Source: Gemmatimonadales bacterium
Lineage (GTDB): Bacteria; Gemmatimonadota; Gemmatimonadetes; Gemmatimonadales; GWC2-71-9
Direction of reading: 5' to 3'
Assembly: GCA_965249575.1 (NCBI GenBank)
Contig: OZ252244.1
Coordinates: 32,001-96,000 of the forward strand
Length of the DNA stretch: 64,000 nucleotides
Numbering within the stretch: position 1 is the stretch's first letter; each line of letters opens with the position of its first letter. A program made the translations under genes and the position numbers. Below, piece after piece: positions 50,456 through 60,173 of the stretch. The notes under the pieces are model-generated. The model did not search any database. It was not told where the DNA came from and worked only from the letters and a program-made list of their open reading frames with translations.

Positions 50456-51061
50456 GTGGCCGGCGGCAGGACACCCAACGCCCTCGCCCGCGCGTTCGGA
50501 AAGGGTCGTTTCCCGCACCATTGCTCGTGGCTCATCGACAATCCCATTCGAGCAGTGCTTGTCACACCGAAGAAGCTCGCCGACCGGCTTCAGCTTACAG
50601 AGGAAAACCATGTTCTCGAGCTGGGGCCGGGTTCCGGCTACTTCAGTGTCGAGCTGGCACGCCGGATTCCTCTCGGACGTCTCGAGCTACTGGATGTCCA
50701 GCCACAGATGCTCCAGAAGGCCGAGCGCAAACTCAATTCCCGCGGACTCAGAAACGTGGGGTACACGGCGCACGACGCTGGTACCGATCTACCGTTCCCA
50801 GATCAGACTTTCGACGTGGCGGTCATGGTAGCCGTCCTCGGAGAGGTTTCAGATGCCGAAACGTGCTTGCGCGAGCTTCGGCGGGTCCTCCGAAGAGGAG
50901 GCGTTCTCGCAGTGCACGAGCAGATACCCGACCCAGATCGCATAGCTTTTGGGACCCTCCGATCATTGGCCGAGGGAGGAGGCTTCGTCTTCCGAAAGCG
51001 ATGGGGACCGAACTGGAACTACACCGCCATCTTCGAGCGTGCCGCTGGGCACTCCGGGTGA
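50456..51061 (+). CDS. Class I SAM-dependent methyltransferase
   Basis: VLELGPGSG, LPFPDQTFD, RVLRRGG; start approximate. Confidence 0.88.
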   Translation: MAGGRTPNALARAFGKGRFPHHCSWLIDNPIRAVLVTPKKLADRLQLTEENHVLELGPGSGYFSVELARRIPLGRLELLDVQPQMLQKAERKLNSRGLRNVGYTAHDAGTDLPFPDQTFDVAVMVAVLGEVSDAETCLRELRRVLRRGGVLAVHEQIPDPDRIAFGTLRSLAEGGGFVFRKRWGPNWNYTAIFERAAGHSG

Positions 51062-51077
51062 CTGGCAGTCACCCGGA
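51053..51077. other. Near-perfect palindrome over the methyltransferase stop codon
   Basis: TCCGGGTGACTG-G-CAGTCACCCGGA, 12 bp arms, no U tract. Confidence 0.6.
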
Positions 51078-51213
51078 ATGATCCTGCCGCCGCTGGCGGT
51101 ATGGTAGGAGCGATTCACGGTTGGTGGTTGCTTCGTCTGCTCGGGGCGCGGACATCGTCGACGGCCCGTTCGCAATCGCCGCCCAACCCGAGGGACTGGA
51201 AAGGAGAGGCCGA

Positions 51214-51540
51214 GTGATCAGCCGTATCTGGCACGGATGGACGACCCCTTCGAATGCGGAGGCCTACGAGACCCTGCTGCGGACGGAAATCCTTCCCGGG
51301 ATCGCGGCAAGAGAGGTCCCCGGATACCGGGGGGCTCACCTTATGAGACGGGACGCACCCAACGAGATCGAGTTCGTCACGATACTCTGGTTCGATTCGA
51401 TTGACAGTGTTCGCTCCTTCGCAGGCGAGGACTACGAAGCCGCCTACGTACCGCCCAAGGCACAGGCCGCTCTGTCGCGATTCGACGAGCGATCCAGTCA
51501 CTACGAGACGCTCCTCTCGCCCCCCCCGACCGCGGCGTAG
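51214..51540 (+). CDS. Antibiotic biosynthesis monooxygenase-like (dimeric alpha/beta barrel) protein
   Basis: ISRIWHGWT...EFVTILWFDSIDSVRSFAGEDYE; AGGAG RBS. Confidence 0.85.
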   Translation: MISRIWHGWTTPSNAEAYETLLRTEILPGIAAREVPGYRGAHLMRRDAPNEIEFVTILWFDSIDSVRSFAGEDYEAAYVPPKAQAALSRFDERSSHYETLLSPPPTAA

Positions 51541-51604
51541 ATTTCGTTGCGAGCCGCGGGCGTCCGCGCCGGCACCAACGACGAACCCCGAAGGCGTATC
51601 GATT

Positions 51605-51838
51605 ATGGATGATGCTCGTATTGTGAAATTGCTCGAGGAAATCCGGGATCTCCAGCAAGACCACGCGGCCAACTATCGCGACGCCGTCCGCAATCAGCAG
51701 GAATCCATCCGGAATCAGCAAGACGCCATCCGATATCAGCGCACCGTGACGCGCCGGCTGATGATCTTTCTCGCTCCAGTGATCCTGCTCCTCCTGCTGT
51801 TGGTTGGCTGGCTCATGGTTCGGCTGGGGCCAATCTAG
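51605..51838 (+). CDS. Small coiled-coil protein with a C-terminal TM
   Basis: LLEEIRDLQ, repeated RNQQ, hydrophobic tail. Confidence 0.6.
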   Translation: MDDARIVKLLEEIRDLQQDHAANYRDAVRNQQESIRNQQDAIRYQRTVTRRLMIFLAPVILLLLLLVGWLMVRLGPI

Positions 51839-52235
51839 GGTGTTCGTGCGTGAAGATGGCTGACCGAAGCAACACGGCCTGGGGGGTTCGCCGCCTTGAG
51901 CCGAGAGTTGAAGTACGCCGCGGGTGTTCTCGGAGGCACGTTCCTGCTCCTGGCGTTGGCGAGCTGCTCGGTTCCGATAGGCGATTTACCACGTCGTTCG
52001 ACAGTCTTGGATACGTCGCGAGCTCTTGGGGTCCACGTCGCGAGCACGCGGGCAAGCGACATCGCTTGGGAGGCCGCCGTTACCCATCGGGGGTTGCCCA
52101 CACGCTGCGTCTATGCCGATAGCGCGCCACCTCGCGAGCGGCCATCGCTTCGCCAACTTGGACGCTGGTGTGTCGACCCACCTTACCCCACAGCGCCGGC
52201 CCCTGCCGGTCCAATCGTCACCAGGAGCGAAGACA

Positions 52236-52712
52236 ATGCGCTTGCTGTTTTGCCTCACCCTGGTGTTGGCCTGTGGTCGGGCCGATCGTGAGTTGTCTGA
52301 GGTCGAGCGACTCGCGATCTCTTCAGCCGTCGATTCGGCCACTCACTCCTTCGAGGAAGCCCAGCGGACCCAGGACGCCGAGCGCACCGTAGCCCACCTG
52401 GCCTCGGATTTCTACATGTACAACGATGGTAGCCGGTCGGAGTACGAATCGGTCGTGGCCGGCATTCGGGAAACGTTTGGCTCGCTCCAGCACCTCGAGC
52501 CGGGTTTCGCCGACCTCGACGTGAAGGTGCTGGGTCCGGATGCCGCCGTGGTGTCCTTCACCTTTCGCGATTCCATCGCCACGGCGAGCGGGGACCTCGT
52601 ACAGTTCCGGGGAGCTACCACACTCGTGTGGGAGCGCCGGGGCCGCGACTGGTTGATTACGTATGCCGACGCCGACCACTACGCCATCGAGCCGCCACAG
52701 GCGCCCCGTTAG
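52236..52712 (+). CDS. SnoaL/NTF2-like (DUF4440) lipoprotein
   Basis: LAC lipobox, VKVLGPDAAVV, TLVWERRGRDWLI; AGGAG RBS. Confidence 0.8.
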   Translation: MRLLFCLTLVLACGRADRELSEVERLAISSAVDSATHSFEEAQRTQDAERTVAHLASDFYMYNDGSRSEYESVVAGIRETFGSLQHLEPGFADLDVKVLGPDAAVVSFTFRDSIATASGDLVQFRGATTLVWERRGRDWLITYADADHYAIEPPQAPR

Positions 52713-52757
52713 CTGTCGCCCCCGACTGTCGATCCGCCGACCTGGCCCACGGCGAGA

Positions 52758-53438
52758 ATGACCGCCCGCGACGTCTTTCTGACCGGCGCGACGGGCTATT
52801 TGGGCCGCCCGCTGGCAGCCGGCCTCCTGAGCCGCGGCCATGTGGTGCGCGCGCTCGTGCGGCGCCCGTCATCGGATACCTTGCTGCCTGGTGCTGAGTT
52901 GATCGTGGGCGATGCTCTGAGCGCTCCGACTTTTGCCCACGCTGTCCCGCCCGCCGACACGCTCGTCCACCTGGTCGGTGTCTCCCGCCCGAGCCCATTA
53001 AAGGCGCGTGCGTTTCGCGAGGTGGACCTGGTATCCGTTCGCGCCAGCATCGACGCCGCAACGGTGGCGGGCGTCGAGCACTTCGTGTACCTGAGTGTGG
53101 CTCACCCGGCGCCAGTCATGCGGGCGTTCGTTCGCGCCCGACAGGAAGGTGAGGCGTATCTCCGAGCCAGCGGCCTCGACGCCACGGTGCTGCGTCCGTG
53201 GTACGTCCTGGGACCCGGACATCGATGGGCGCACGCCTTTCAGCCGTTCTACGCGGTCTTCGAATTGTTTCCAAGAACCCGAGCCGCCGCGCAACGGCTG
53301 GGACTGGTCACCCGTGAGCAGATGGTCGCGGCGCTCATCAACGCGGTGGAGCACCCCGCGCGTGGATTTCGGGTCGTAGAGGTTCCGGAGATTCGCCGGC
53401 TCGCCAGCGAAACCGAGACAGCCCGCACTGGGCGATGA
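52758..53438 (+). CDS. NAD(P)-binding atypical SDR/epimerase
   Basis: TGATGYLG, VHLVG, LRPWYVLGPG. Confidence 0.88.
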   Translation: MTARDVFLTGATGYLGRPLAAGLLSRGHVVRALVRRPSSDTLLPGAELIVGDALSAPTFAHAVPPADTLVHLVGVSRPSPLKARAFREVDLVSVRASIDAATVAGVEHFVYLSVAHPAPVMRAFVRARQEGEAYLRASGLDATVLRPWYVLGPGHRWAHAFQPFYAVFELFPRTRAAAQRLGLVTREQMVAALINAVEHPARGFRVVEVPEIRRLASETETARTGR

Positions 53439-53454
53439 CCCCGCGCGCCGGCTG

Positions 53455-54124
53455 ATGGATCCCGCCTCCCTGGTCCCTTACGGACGGGCCATGCTCGCGT
53501 ATATCCAGGGGGATGCCGCCGCCCAGTTCCTCATCCGCCGTGACGATGGGCTCGAGGAATCGCTCCCGGTGGCTCACTTTTTCAGAACCCCGAAAGAGTT
53601 CTCATCCATCGAACAGGCCGCCCTCGACCGGTGCCGGGGACGAGTCCTCGACATCGGAGCGGGAAGCGGCCTCCACAGTCTCTGCCTCCAAGAGAGAGGC
53701 TTCACCGTGTCCGCCATCGACCTCAGCCCCCAAGCAGTAGATATCATGAACGAACGCGGCGTTCTCGACGTGCGGCAGGAAGATATCCTCCAGCTGCACA
53801 ACGAAACCTATAATTCGCTCCTGCTGCTCGGACATGGAATCGGGATGGCCGAGAACCTGTCAGGACTCGATCGTTTCCTGGAGCACGCACGAAGTCTGAC
53901 GGCGACCGATGGCCAGCTCTTCATCCATTCCTTGGATGTCTCCAAGACCGATGATCCCCGGCATCTGGACTATCAAGCTGCGGCGAGTCTGGTCCGTACT
54001 GCAAGTGGCTCACGTGGACGTTGACACCATCGAGCGCACAGCCCAGCGAGTCGGCTGGACCTGCGAGCCGATTCTCGAAGCAGAGAATGGTGATTATCTT
54101 GCGCGTCTCGTCGCCGCGCCTTAG
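53455..54124 (+). pseudogene. Class I SAM methyltransferase, disrupted near 53975-54010
   Basis: VLDIGAGSG; after LDYQ the protein-like text continues in two other frames (GESGPYCKW, then HVDVDTIER...YLARL). Confidence 0.7.
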
Positions 54125-54189
54125 CAACACGGTTTCACGGACGGGCGTCGGCACCGAAGGCAAGGTCCAGTCCCCTATTACTAGGAGAA

Positions 54190-54630
54190 GTGATGCACAC
54201 GACCCGACACGCGGCGGTCCTGGCGATCATCTTGATGGCGGTGGTAGGCTGCTACCACGCTACGATCGATACCGGGGCCACCCCGTCGCCCATCGTCATC
54301 AGGGAAGCGTTCGCTTCGAGCTGGGTGTTCGGCCTGGTTCCGCCAAAAACGGTCGAGACGGCACGCAGATGCCAGAGCGGCGTGGCGACCGTGGAAACGC
54401 GCTTGAGTTTCCTCAACCAGCTCGTAGGGTTTCTGACTCTGGGCATTTTCACGCCCATGGAGATCGTCGTCACGTGCGCCGCGCCGGGATCCGCATCCCA
54501 CTCGGGAACGAGCGGCACCCCGGTCATGCATGTCGACTCCCCCGACCCAGCGGCTTGGCAGGGAGCCATTGCGACCGCGATCGAACGATCCCTCCATGAG
54601 GGTCGCCCGATCTCCCTTCGGCTCGATTGA
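54190..54630 (+). CDS. Bor/Iss-like lipoprotein
   Basis: VGC lipobox, WVFGLVPP, C-x-SGVA-VET...LTLGIFTP...TC. Confidence 0.8.
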   Translation: MMHTTRHAAVLAIILMAVVGCYHATIDTGATPSPIVIREAFASSWVFGLVPPKTVETARRCQSGVATVETRLSFLNQLVGFLTLGIFTPMEIVVTCAAPGSASHSGTSGTPVMHVDSPDPAAWQGAIATAIERSLHEGRPISLRLD

Positions 54631-54891
54631 GCTGGCGCAAGCGCCCAACTCCGTGGAACGCGCCAGTGCATGTCGGGATCCTGCACGTTCCCGCTCAAAC
54701 GCTTCATGGACGAGCTGAACGAGGCCGGCATGATTCGCGTTGCCTTACTCCGTAGAGGCTCCGCAGGGAGAGCGATCAGATCGCGTGCCTGACGGCGGAC
54801 CGCTAGCGACGCATTCCAGCGAGGACTCTGCCCTTATCGCGACGGCCACGTCCGTTGGCGCAGGGCTCTGGCTCTCGAAGATCCCGCCGGC

Positions 54892-55911
54892 GTGAGCGAT
54901 CGGTCGCCTAAAGCGAGATGGTACACGAGGCCTCTCGTCGTGTGCTGCGGTGCGGTAGTCGCGGTTCTCATAGCGGTCGCTGCAGTGCTGGCGTCGGCCC
55001 TGTCGGTACCTGACACACTCGACCTCTCCCCCCATCACCCGTTCCGCTCGCCGGCGACTAACGAGCGCTACCTCTCCCTGTACGACGCCAAGGCGAGTGC
55101 GTGGCCGGTCTTCGCCGAAACCACCACCGTCGCAACTCCCCTCGGACCAACATTCGTCCGATTGAGCGAACCGCGGGAAGCCCCGCCCCTGGTACTGATT
55201 CACGGCGCGGGCGGGAATTCGTTACAGTGGGGCCCGAACATCCACGCCTTGGCGCGTGATCACCGCACCTTTGCGGTGGATGGGATTTTGGATTACGGCC
55301 GGAGCGTCTACACGCGGCGCATCGAGAATTCGCATGATCTCGTCGCTTGGCTCAACGCCACTATCAACGCCTTGGAAATCGAAGGTCAATTGCACCTCGT
55401 AGGTCTGTCTTACGGTGGGTGGCTGGCCAGCCAGTACGCCCTGCGGCATCCCGGCCGGTTGAGCAGACTCGTGCTCATCGCTCCAGCGGGTACGATCCAA
55501 CCCCTGTCGTTCGAATGGATCGTACGCGCCGTACTCTGCGCCTTGCCTCATCGATACTTCACCAGGAGCTTCCTTTACTGGTTACTCGAGGATCTCACGA
55601 ATCGCGGAGCCGCGAGTAAGGAAATGCTGGACCGGGAAATCGACATGGTGTACGCGGCCATCCGAAGCTTCAAACGTGTCCGCCTCGTCAACCCCGGTGT
55701 GCTGTCCGACACTCAGCTCCGAGAGCTGACGGTCCCGACGCTCTTCTTGGTTGGTGAGAACGAGAAGATCTACTCTGCCGAGGCGGCGGTCGCCCAACTG
55801 GCGTCCGTAGCGCCTCACATCCATACCGAAGTGCTGCCCAATGCCGGCCACGACCTGACAATCGTCCAATCCGAGTTAGTCGATGTCGCCATTCTCGACT
55901 TCTTGGAGTAG
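54892..55911 (+). CDS. Alpha/beta hydrolase with an N-terminal anchor
   Basis: LIHG, GLSYGG nucleophile elbow, GENE, AGHD. Confidence 0.9.
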   Translation: MSDRSPKARWYTRPLVVCCGAVVAVLIAVAAVLASALSVPDTLDLSPHHPFRSPATNERYLSLYDAKASAWPVFAETTTVATPLGPTFVRLSEPREAPPLVLIHGAGGNSLQWGPNIHALARDHRTFAVDGILDYGRSVYTRRIENSHDLVAWLNATINALEIEGQLHLVGLSYGGWLASQYALRHPGRLSRLVLIAPAGTIQPLSFEWIVRAVLCALPHRYFTRSFLYWLLEDLTNRGAASKEMLDREIDMVYAAIRSFKRVRLVNPGVLSDTQLRELTVPTLFLVGENEKIYSAEAAVAQLASVAPHIHTEVLPNAGHDLTIVQSELVDVAILDFLE

Positions 55912-56044
55912 TCCGAGCCGCGCGCGCAGTCGCGGGACCGCGGTCGATCGACGAGCATCCCTGCATGCAGTCAGAAGCTGGTCGGTGGCGACGACGCATC
56001 AAGCGAAGCTCGAGCGTGAATGAGCCAAGTCGGACCTCGCCATC

Positions 56045-56441
56045 GTGACCAGCGATATCGGCCAGTTTGTCGAGCAGGCCTTTGAGCCACTGACTGAGCG
56101 ATATCAGCTTCGGCTCGCAAACGTGGAGCACCTGGGTACCAATGCGTGGCACGCACGCCTCGAGACTGCAAGCGTCGGTATCGACATCTGGCACGACCCC
56201 CGCTGCGAGGTCCTCTTGTACATGAGTCGAACCGGTGGCTATCGCTCTTCCCTCGACGACCTCCTGCATTTCGTTAACGCACCCGCCGCCCAGCGTTACG
56301 CTGGCATCGATTCGAGCGACCGGGAGCGAGCCGAGCGGCGCTTGGCCGGAGCATCCGAACCTTGGCCGCATGAGCAGACGCACCTGGGGCGTGTTCACGT
56401 ATCGCCACTTCGACCACCACCTTCGGCAGTTTGCCGTGTGA
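56045..56441 (+). pseudogene. Hypothetical ORF N-part joined to a DinB/DUF1569-like C-terminal remnant
   Basis: Frame ending at 56441 reads WPEHPNLGRMSRRTWGVFTYRHFDHHLRQFAV*; its upstream part is not homologous-looking. Confidence 0.6.
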
Positions 56442-56474
56442 CCGGCGTTTGGTGCGCCGTGACACCACTATCGC

Positions 56475-56609
56475 ACCTAACAGGCGTTGGGAGCTGACGA
56501 GCGCGGCGGGAGGCGTCGATACGCGCGCCTTGATGGAACGAGTAGATCCAGCTGATAGGGCGCGCCTGACCGGGAAGTCGCCCGCAGCTGAAGCGCAGAA
56601 CCGTTAGGA
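56475..56609 (+). mobile_element. Integron attC site
   Basis: R'' ACCTAAC, L'' region GCGTTGGGAGCTGACG, inner stem GCGCGCC/GGCGCGC, L' region CGCAGCTGAAGCGC, R' GTTAGGA; 135 bp. Confidence 0.75.
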
Positions 56610-56615
56610 GCAGAC

Positions 56616-56891
56616 GTGCAATTCATCAAATCGCTGCGTGACCGTGTTCGGAGCGGTGAGATCACTTGCAGTGTCCTGATGTGGCAGCGCCCTCGAGTGA
56701 GGGTCGGCGGCCGCTACGCTCTCCCCCCAGGAGAGATTGTCGTCGAGTCGCTGCTCGAGATTTCCCTCGAGGACGTCACGCCCGCCTTGGCACAGCGGTC
56801 CGGTTTCAACGGCGTCGTCGATCTGCTCAAGACAGCCAAACACGGCCGGGGGCGACGAGTTTTCCTTGTTGAGTTTAGCTATGTCGAGTAG
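56616..56891 (+). CDS. Small ASCH/PUA-like hypothetical protein (gene cassette)
   Basis: VRSGEITCS-x2-WQRP-x-VGGRY...A-x2-SGF; starts 6 nt after the attC R' box. Confidence 0.65.
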   Translation: MQFIKSLRDRVRSGEITCSVLMWQRPRVRVGGRYALPPGEIVVESLLEISLEDVTPALAQRSGFNGVVDLLKTAKHGRGRRVFLVEFSYVE

Positions 56892-56938
56892 TCCCGTTTT
56901 CGGACGAGCCGCCCGTGGCTCATCGTCCAACATCTGAT

Positions 56939-57082
56939 GCCTAGCACGCGCGGGGAGCTGTCAAATACGGCCGTTTTGCAGGAAGGCGTTGGTATGAACG
57001 CTCGGCAACCTCATCGTTACAGTCAACGACAGCCTCGTCCGACGAGCGGGTTGTTTGCAGCTGAAGCACAGAACCGTTATGC
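56939..57082 (+). mobile_element. Integron attC site (R'' degenerate)
   Basis: GCCTAGC...GGAGCTGTCAAA...TTTGCAGCTGAAGCACAGAACC-GTTATGC; 3' arm is 22/23 identical to the attC at 56475. Confidence 0.7.
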
Positions 57083-57215
57083 CTAATAGTCCGCCCGAAC
57101 GCTCGGAGGCCGTCCCTCATATCGAGGACTGACAGTTGGCAAGCCACGGCTCACAGTTCGGGCTCCTGAGCGGGCCTTTCGCCCCCACAGAACACCTCAG
57201 CACGAGGAGAGCGAA

Positions 57216-57506
57216 GTGAAACGATTCATGTTGCTGCATTTCGGATTCGAAAAGCCCACCCAGGAGATCATGGCCGCCTGGGGCAAATGGTTTGCATCGG
57301 TCGCAGACAAGACCGTGGAAAACGGGGGTTTCCACGGCGGTGCGCGAGAAATCTCGCATAGCGGAACCAAGGACCTACCCATGGGGATGGAATCCATCAC
57401 GGGCTACTCGATCATCAAAGCCGATAGCCTCGAGGAGGCCGAAAAGATCGCGCAGGACAATCCATTCATTGCGAGCATCCGGGTCTACGAAATCATGTCA
57501 CAGTAG
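57216..57506 (+). CDS. YCII-related protein
   Basis: MKRFMLL...AWGKWF...ITGYSIIKADSLEEA...IRVYE; GAGGAG RBS. Confidence 0.82.
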   Translation: MKRFMLLHFGFEKPTQEIMAAWGKWFASVADKTVENGGFHGGAREISHSGTKDLPMGMESITGYSIIKADSLEEAEKIAQDNPFIASIRVYEIMSQ

Positions 57507-57715
57507 GTCCATCTCACAAATTCATGCTCCCGAACGCAGGACCTCCAGCAAGCTCTACCTGCGTTGCCGGTCCCAGCTCGCCGTCGGTGACATCGCCGGA
57601 AGATCCCGTGCTCCACCGCGGTCGTGGCCGGCGTGATGAGTACACGGCAAGCTATTCCGAGAGGAGTGGCCCCTTAGGCGCCAGCGGATAGATCGACACC
57701 GAATCAGGGAGTGGA

Positions 57716-58396
57716 ATGTCAGGCATTGGCTTGCTCAATGAAAAGCCGCTTCATGCGTCGTTGAAGGATTGGTATGCACGGCCGGGGGATCAATTCGAAG
57801 TAGCGGTGGATGGATTCGTGATAGATATCGTTCGAGATGATCTGCTGCTGGAAATCCAGACCGGCTCTTTCGCATCCATCAAGTCGAAGCTGGTGGACCT
57901 GATACGTGCACATCGGATACGATTGGTCTATCCAATACCCCAGGAGAAGTGGATCCTCAAACTGACGAAGGATAACAGCGGCGGAGCGACTCGCCGCAAA
58001 TCACCCAAGAGAGGACACGTCGAGGATCTCTTCTGGGAAATGGTGAGCTTCCCTCAGTTGGTCGCGAACCCCAACTTCTCGCTCGAAGTACTGTTGATAA
58101 AGGAAGAAGAGGTGCGACAGTATGAGGGGAAGCGGATGTGGCGCAGGAGAGGGTGGGTTATCCAGGAGCGACGGTTGCTGGGCGTGGTAGAGCGGTTGTT
58201 GTATGAGGAGCCGGCAGATTGGCGAGCGTTGCTTCCGAAGGATTTGGGGCCGTTTACCGCCGGAGATTTGGCGGAGGCAATCAATATCAGGAGACAGTTA
58301 GCGCAGAAGATGGTGTATTGTCTGCGAAAAGTCGCGGCAATCACGCTGATCGGCAAGCGGGGGCGGGCCAACCTGTACACAATGGCAGACGCCTAA
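57716..58396 (+). CDS. Hypothetical protein, PD-(D/E)XK-like N-domain plus HTH-like C-terminus
   Basis: E-x2-LH-x2-LK, E...D...EIQT pattern; FTAGDLAEA...AQKMVYCL; more AT-rich than its flanks. Confidence 0.65.
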   Translation: MSGIGLLNEKPLHASLKDWYARPGDQFEVAVDGFVIDIVRDDLLLEIQTGSFASIKSKLVDLIRAHRIRLVYPIPQEKWILKLTKDNSGGATRRKSPKRGHVEDLFWEMVSFPQLVANPNFSLEVLLIKEEEVRQYEGKRMWRRRGWVIQERRLLGVVERLLYEEPADWRALLPKDLGPFTAGDLAEAINIRRQLAQKMVYCLRKVAAITLIGKRGRANLYTMADA

Positions 58397-58561
58397 AGAG
58401 TCCATTGACCAGCCGGCGCGTACGTTCTGGTCGGCGTCCAGCCAAATCACCTCGACGCCGTAGGCCAACCGCCTCACGGGCAAATGCACCAATGGGGACG
58501 CGTTCATTTGTGAGGAAGCCCATGCATTTGTGGCTCGGCGAGCGATCGTGCACGTTTAGGC
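58391..58561 (+). other. Degenerate attC-like spacer
   Basis: GCCTAAA containing the stop codon and its exact complement TTTAGGC at the far end; inner hairpins; longer than typical attC. Confidence 0.35.
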
Positions 58562-58608
58562 TATTTGATAACAGCGTTTCCCTCGGCTCGATCCATAGGA
58601 GGAAACGG

Positions 58609-58958
58609 ATGAACGATTCCCCGGAGGGCCTCGCTCGGACGTGGCTCCGCGCTTGGGACACCCGCGACCTCAGCCTGCTTCGCCTTGCTCCGGATTTCGT
58701 CCACACGAGTCCCTTTGGCCGGATCGAGGGTGCCGACGAGTACCTGCGCAACGTGGAGCCCATGTCGCGGAAGAGCGTGCGCAGGATCAAGGTGCGGGAC
58801 GTGATCGAGGGCGAAGGCCGGGCGGGGATCACGTACGAGCTGGAGACACCGGCAGGACTGTCGAAGCCTGCGACTGGGTCTTCGTGGAGAACGGCCGTAT
58901 TAAGGAAGTGAACTCCTATTATGACAGCGTGACGAATCGCGCGGCGCTCGATAGCTGA
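58609..58958 (+). pseudogene. SnoaL-like protein with a frameshift near 58855
   Basis: AGGAGG RBS; LAPDFVHTSPFG...YELETPAG continues as TVEACDWVFVENGRIKEVNSYYD in another frame. Confidence 0.7.
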
Positions 58959-59095
58959 CCTCTATGAAGACGCTGCTGTCGAATGACATTGCCACATGCG
59001 AGACATTCTTGCGGTTATCATAGGCGCGGTCGTCGGCACGATTGCCTTGTTCATGGTTGGGATAATCGCCAACTCCGGCAACAGGAGATGGTTTT

Positions 59096-59500
59096 GTGAT
59101 GGCACTGCAGGTAACGGGTGTATGTCCGCTTCTCCAGGTCTTCGATATGCCCGAGTCGATCGCATTCTACCGCGAGGTACTTGGTTTCGAGATCATCGAC
59201 TCGGCTCCCGCCGGGGACGATTGGGACTGGTCCTGGCTACGCCTGGGCGATGCGGAGTTGATGCTCAATACTGCCTATGAGGAGCCTCATCGCCCCGCGA
59301 GTCGGACCCTCGCTCGCTTCACGGCGCATTCAGATACAATCTTGTTCTTCCAGTGTCCCGATGTCGATGCGGCGTACGCCGAACTACAAGGTCGAGGCCT
59401 CGACGTCGAACCACCAACGGTCGCCCACTACGGCATGAAACAGTTGAGCGTCAGGGATCCCGATGGATACCAGCTCTGCTTCCAATGGCCTGCTGCCTAA
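59096..59500 (+). CDS. VOC/glyoxalase family protein
   Basis: PLLQVFDM-x-SIAFY...LGF, YGMKQLSVRDPDGY. Confidence 0.9.
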   Translation: MMALQVTGVCPLLQVFDMPESIAFYREVLGFEIIDSAPAGDDWDWSWLRLGDAELMLNTAYEEPHRPASRTLARFTAHSDTILFFQCPDVDAAYAELQGRGLDVEPPTVAHYGMKQLSVRDPDGYQLCFQWPAA

Positions 59501-59619
59501 CAGGTCTCGACGTGCCTCGCGCAAGCCGTTCCTATCGAATCCATTCGACACGAGAGGCTGGCCTCGATATGAGCCCTCTTACCCACGACACGCTCAGATC
59601 ATTTGCCGAGTCGTTAGCA
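59495..59619 (+). mobile_element. Degenerate attC site
   Basis: R'' GCCTAAC overlaps the VOC TAA stop; R' GTTAGCA; 125 bp; L boxes poorly paired. Confidence 0.5.
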
Positions 59620-59650
59620 GCCGCGTGCTCGACTCTTCCCACTACTCGAG

Positions 59651-60007
59651 GTGACAGTGGCTAATCCCGCATTGCACCGGTCCTTCATCGCGCTGCACCT
59701 GACCCTCGCACTCGTCATCATCTTCGAAAGCGCGCGCTCTCTCGTCCACGCCTTTGGTGCGCTCGCCAAGCACCACCACATGGCGCTGCTCGGTGGCACG
59801 GAGATCGTCGCTGCGCTCCTGTTCCTCTGGCCAGGAACCGTCCGGATTGGTGGCTCGGTCTTGGTCGCAATCTTTGTCCTTGCGGTACCGATGCACGCCC
59901 TGCGCGGCGAGTTCCCCGTGGCGCTGCTCGTGTACGCCCCGGCAGTGCTTTTCGTATCGGTGCACGGTAGCGCGTGGGGCGTCACGCGCTCCGAAGCGAC
60001 CGCCTAA
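59651..60007 (+). CDS. Small 4-TM membrane protein (DoxX-like)
   Basis: GAGG RBS, EIVAALLFLWP; stop codon lies inside GCCTAAC. Confidence 0.7.
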   Translation: MTVANPALHRSFIALHLTLALVIIFESARSLVHAFGALAKHHHMALLGGTEIVAALLFLWPGTVRIGGSVLVAIFVLAVPMHALRGEFPVALLVYAPAVLFVSVHGSAWGVTRSEATA

Positions 60008-60173
60008 CTCCGCCACTTTGCCGCGAAAGGTAGCGTTGCTCATGGCGCCAACAATTGCCGGTCCGTACGCTATGGCCTGCGCGATGCTTGCGCTTCTGGG
60101 GTGTGGGGAGCCCGGCACTGGTCGGGACACGATGCAGGGTGAAGCCGAAGAGATCTCGAGGGGGGACGCGATC

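Noticed and set aside
51835..52235. Overlapping short ORFs, one with a lipobox-like LASC
   Set aside because: No consistent start, RBS or family motif; possibly gene debris, but not supportable as a CDS.
52708..52714. GTTAGCT at the end of the DUF4440 gene as an attC R' box
   Set aside because: It contains the gene's own stop codon and has no upstream R'' partner outside the coding sequence.
56475..57082. Repeated 23-mer as a CRISPR repeat
   Set aside because: Only two copies 473 bp apart with an ORF between and no cas genes; attC structure explains it better.
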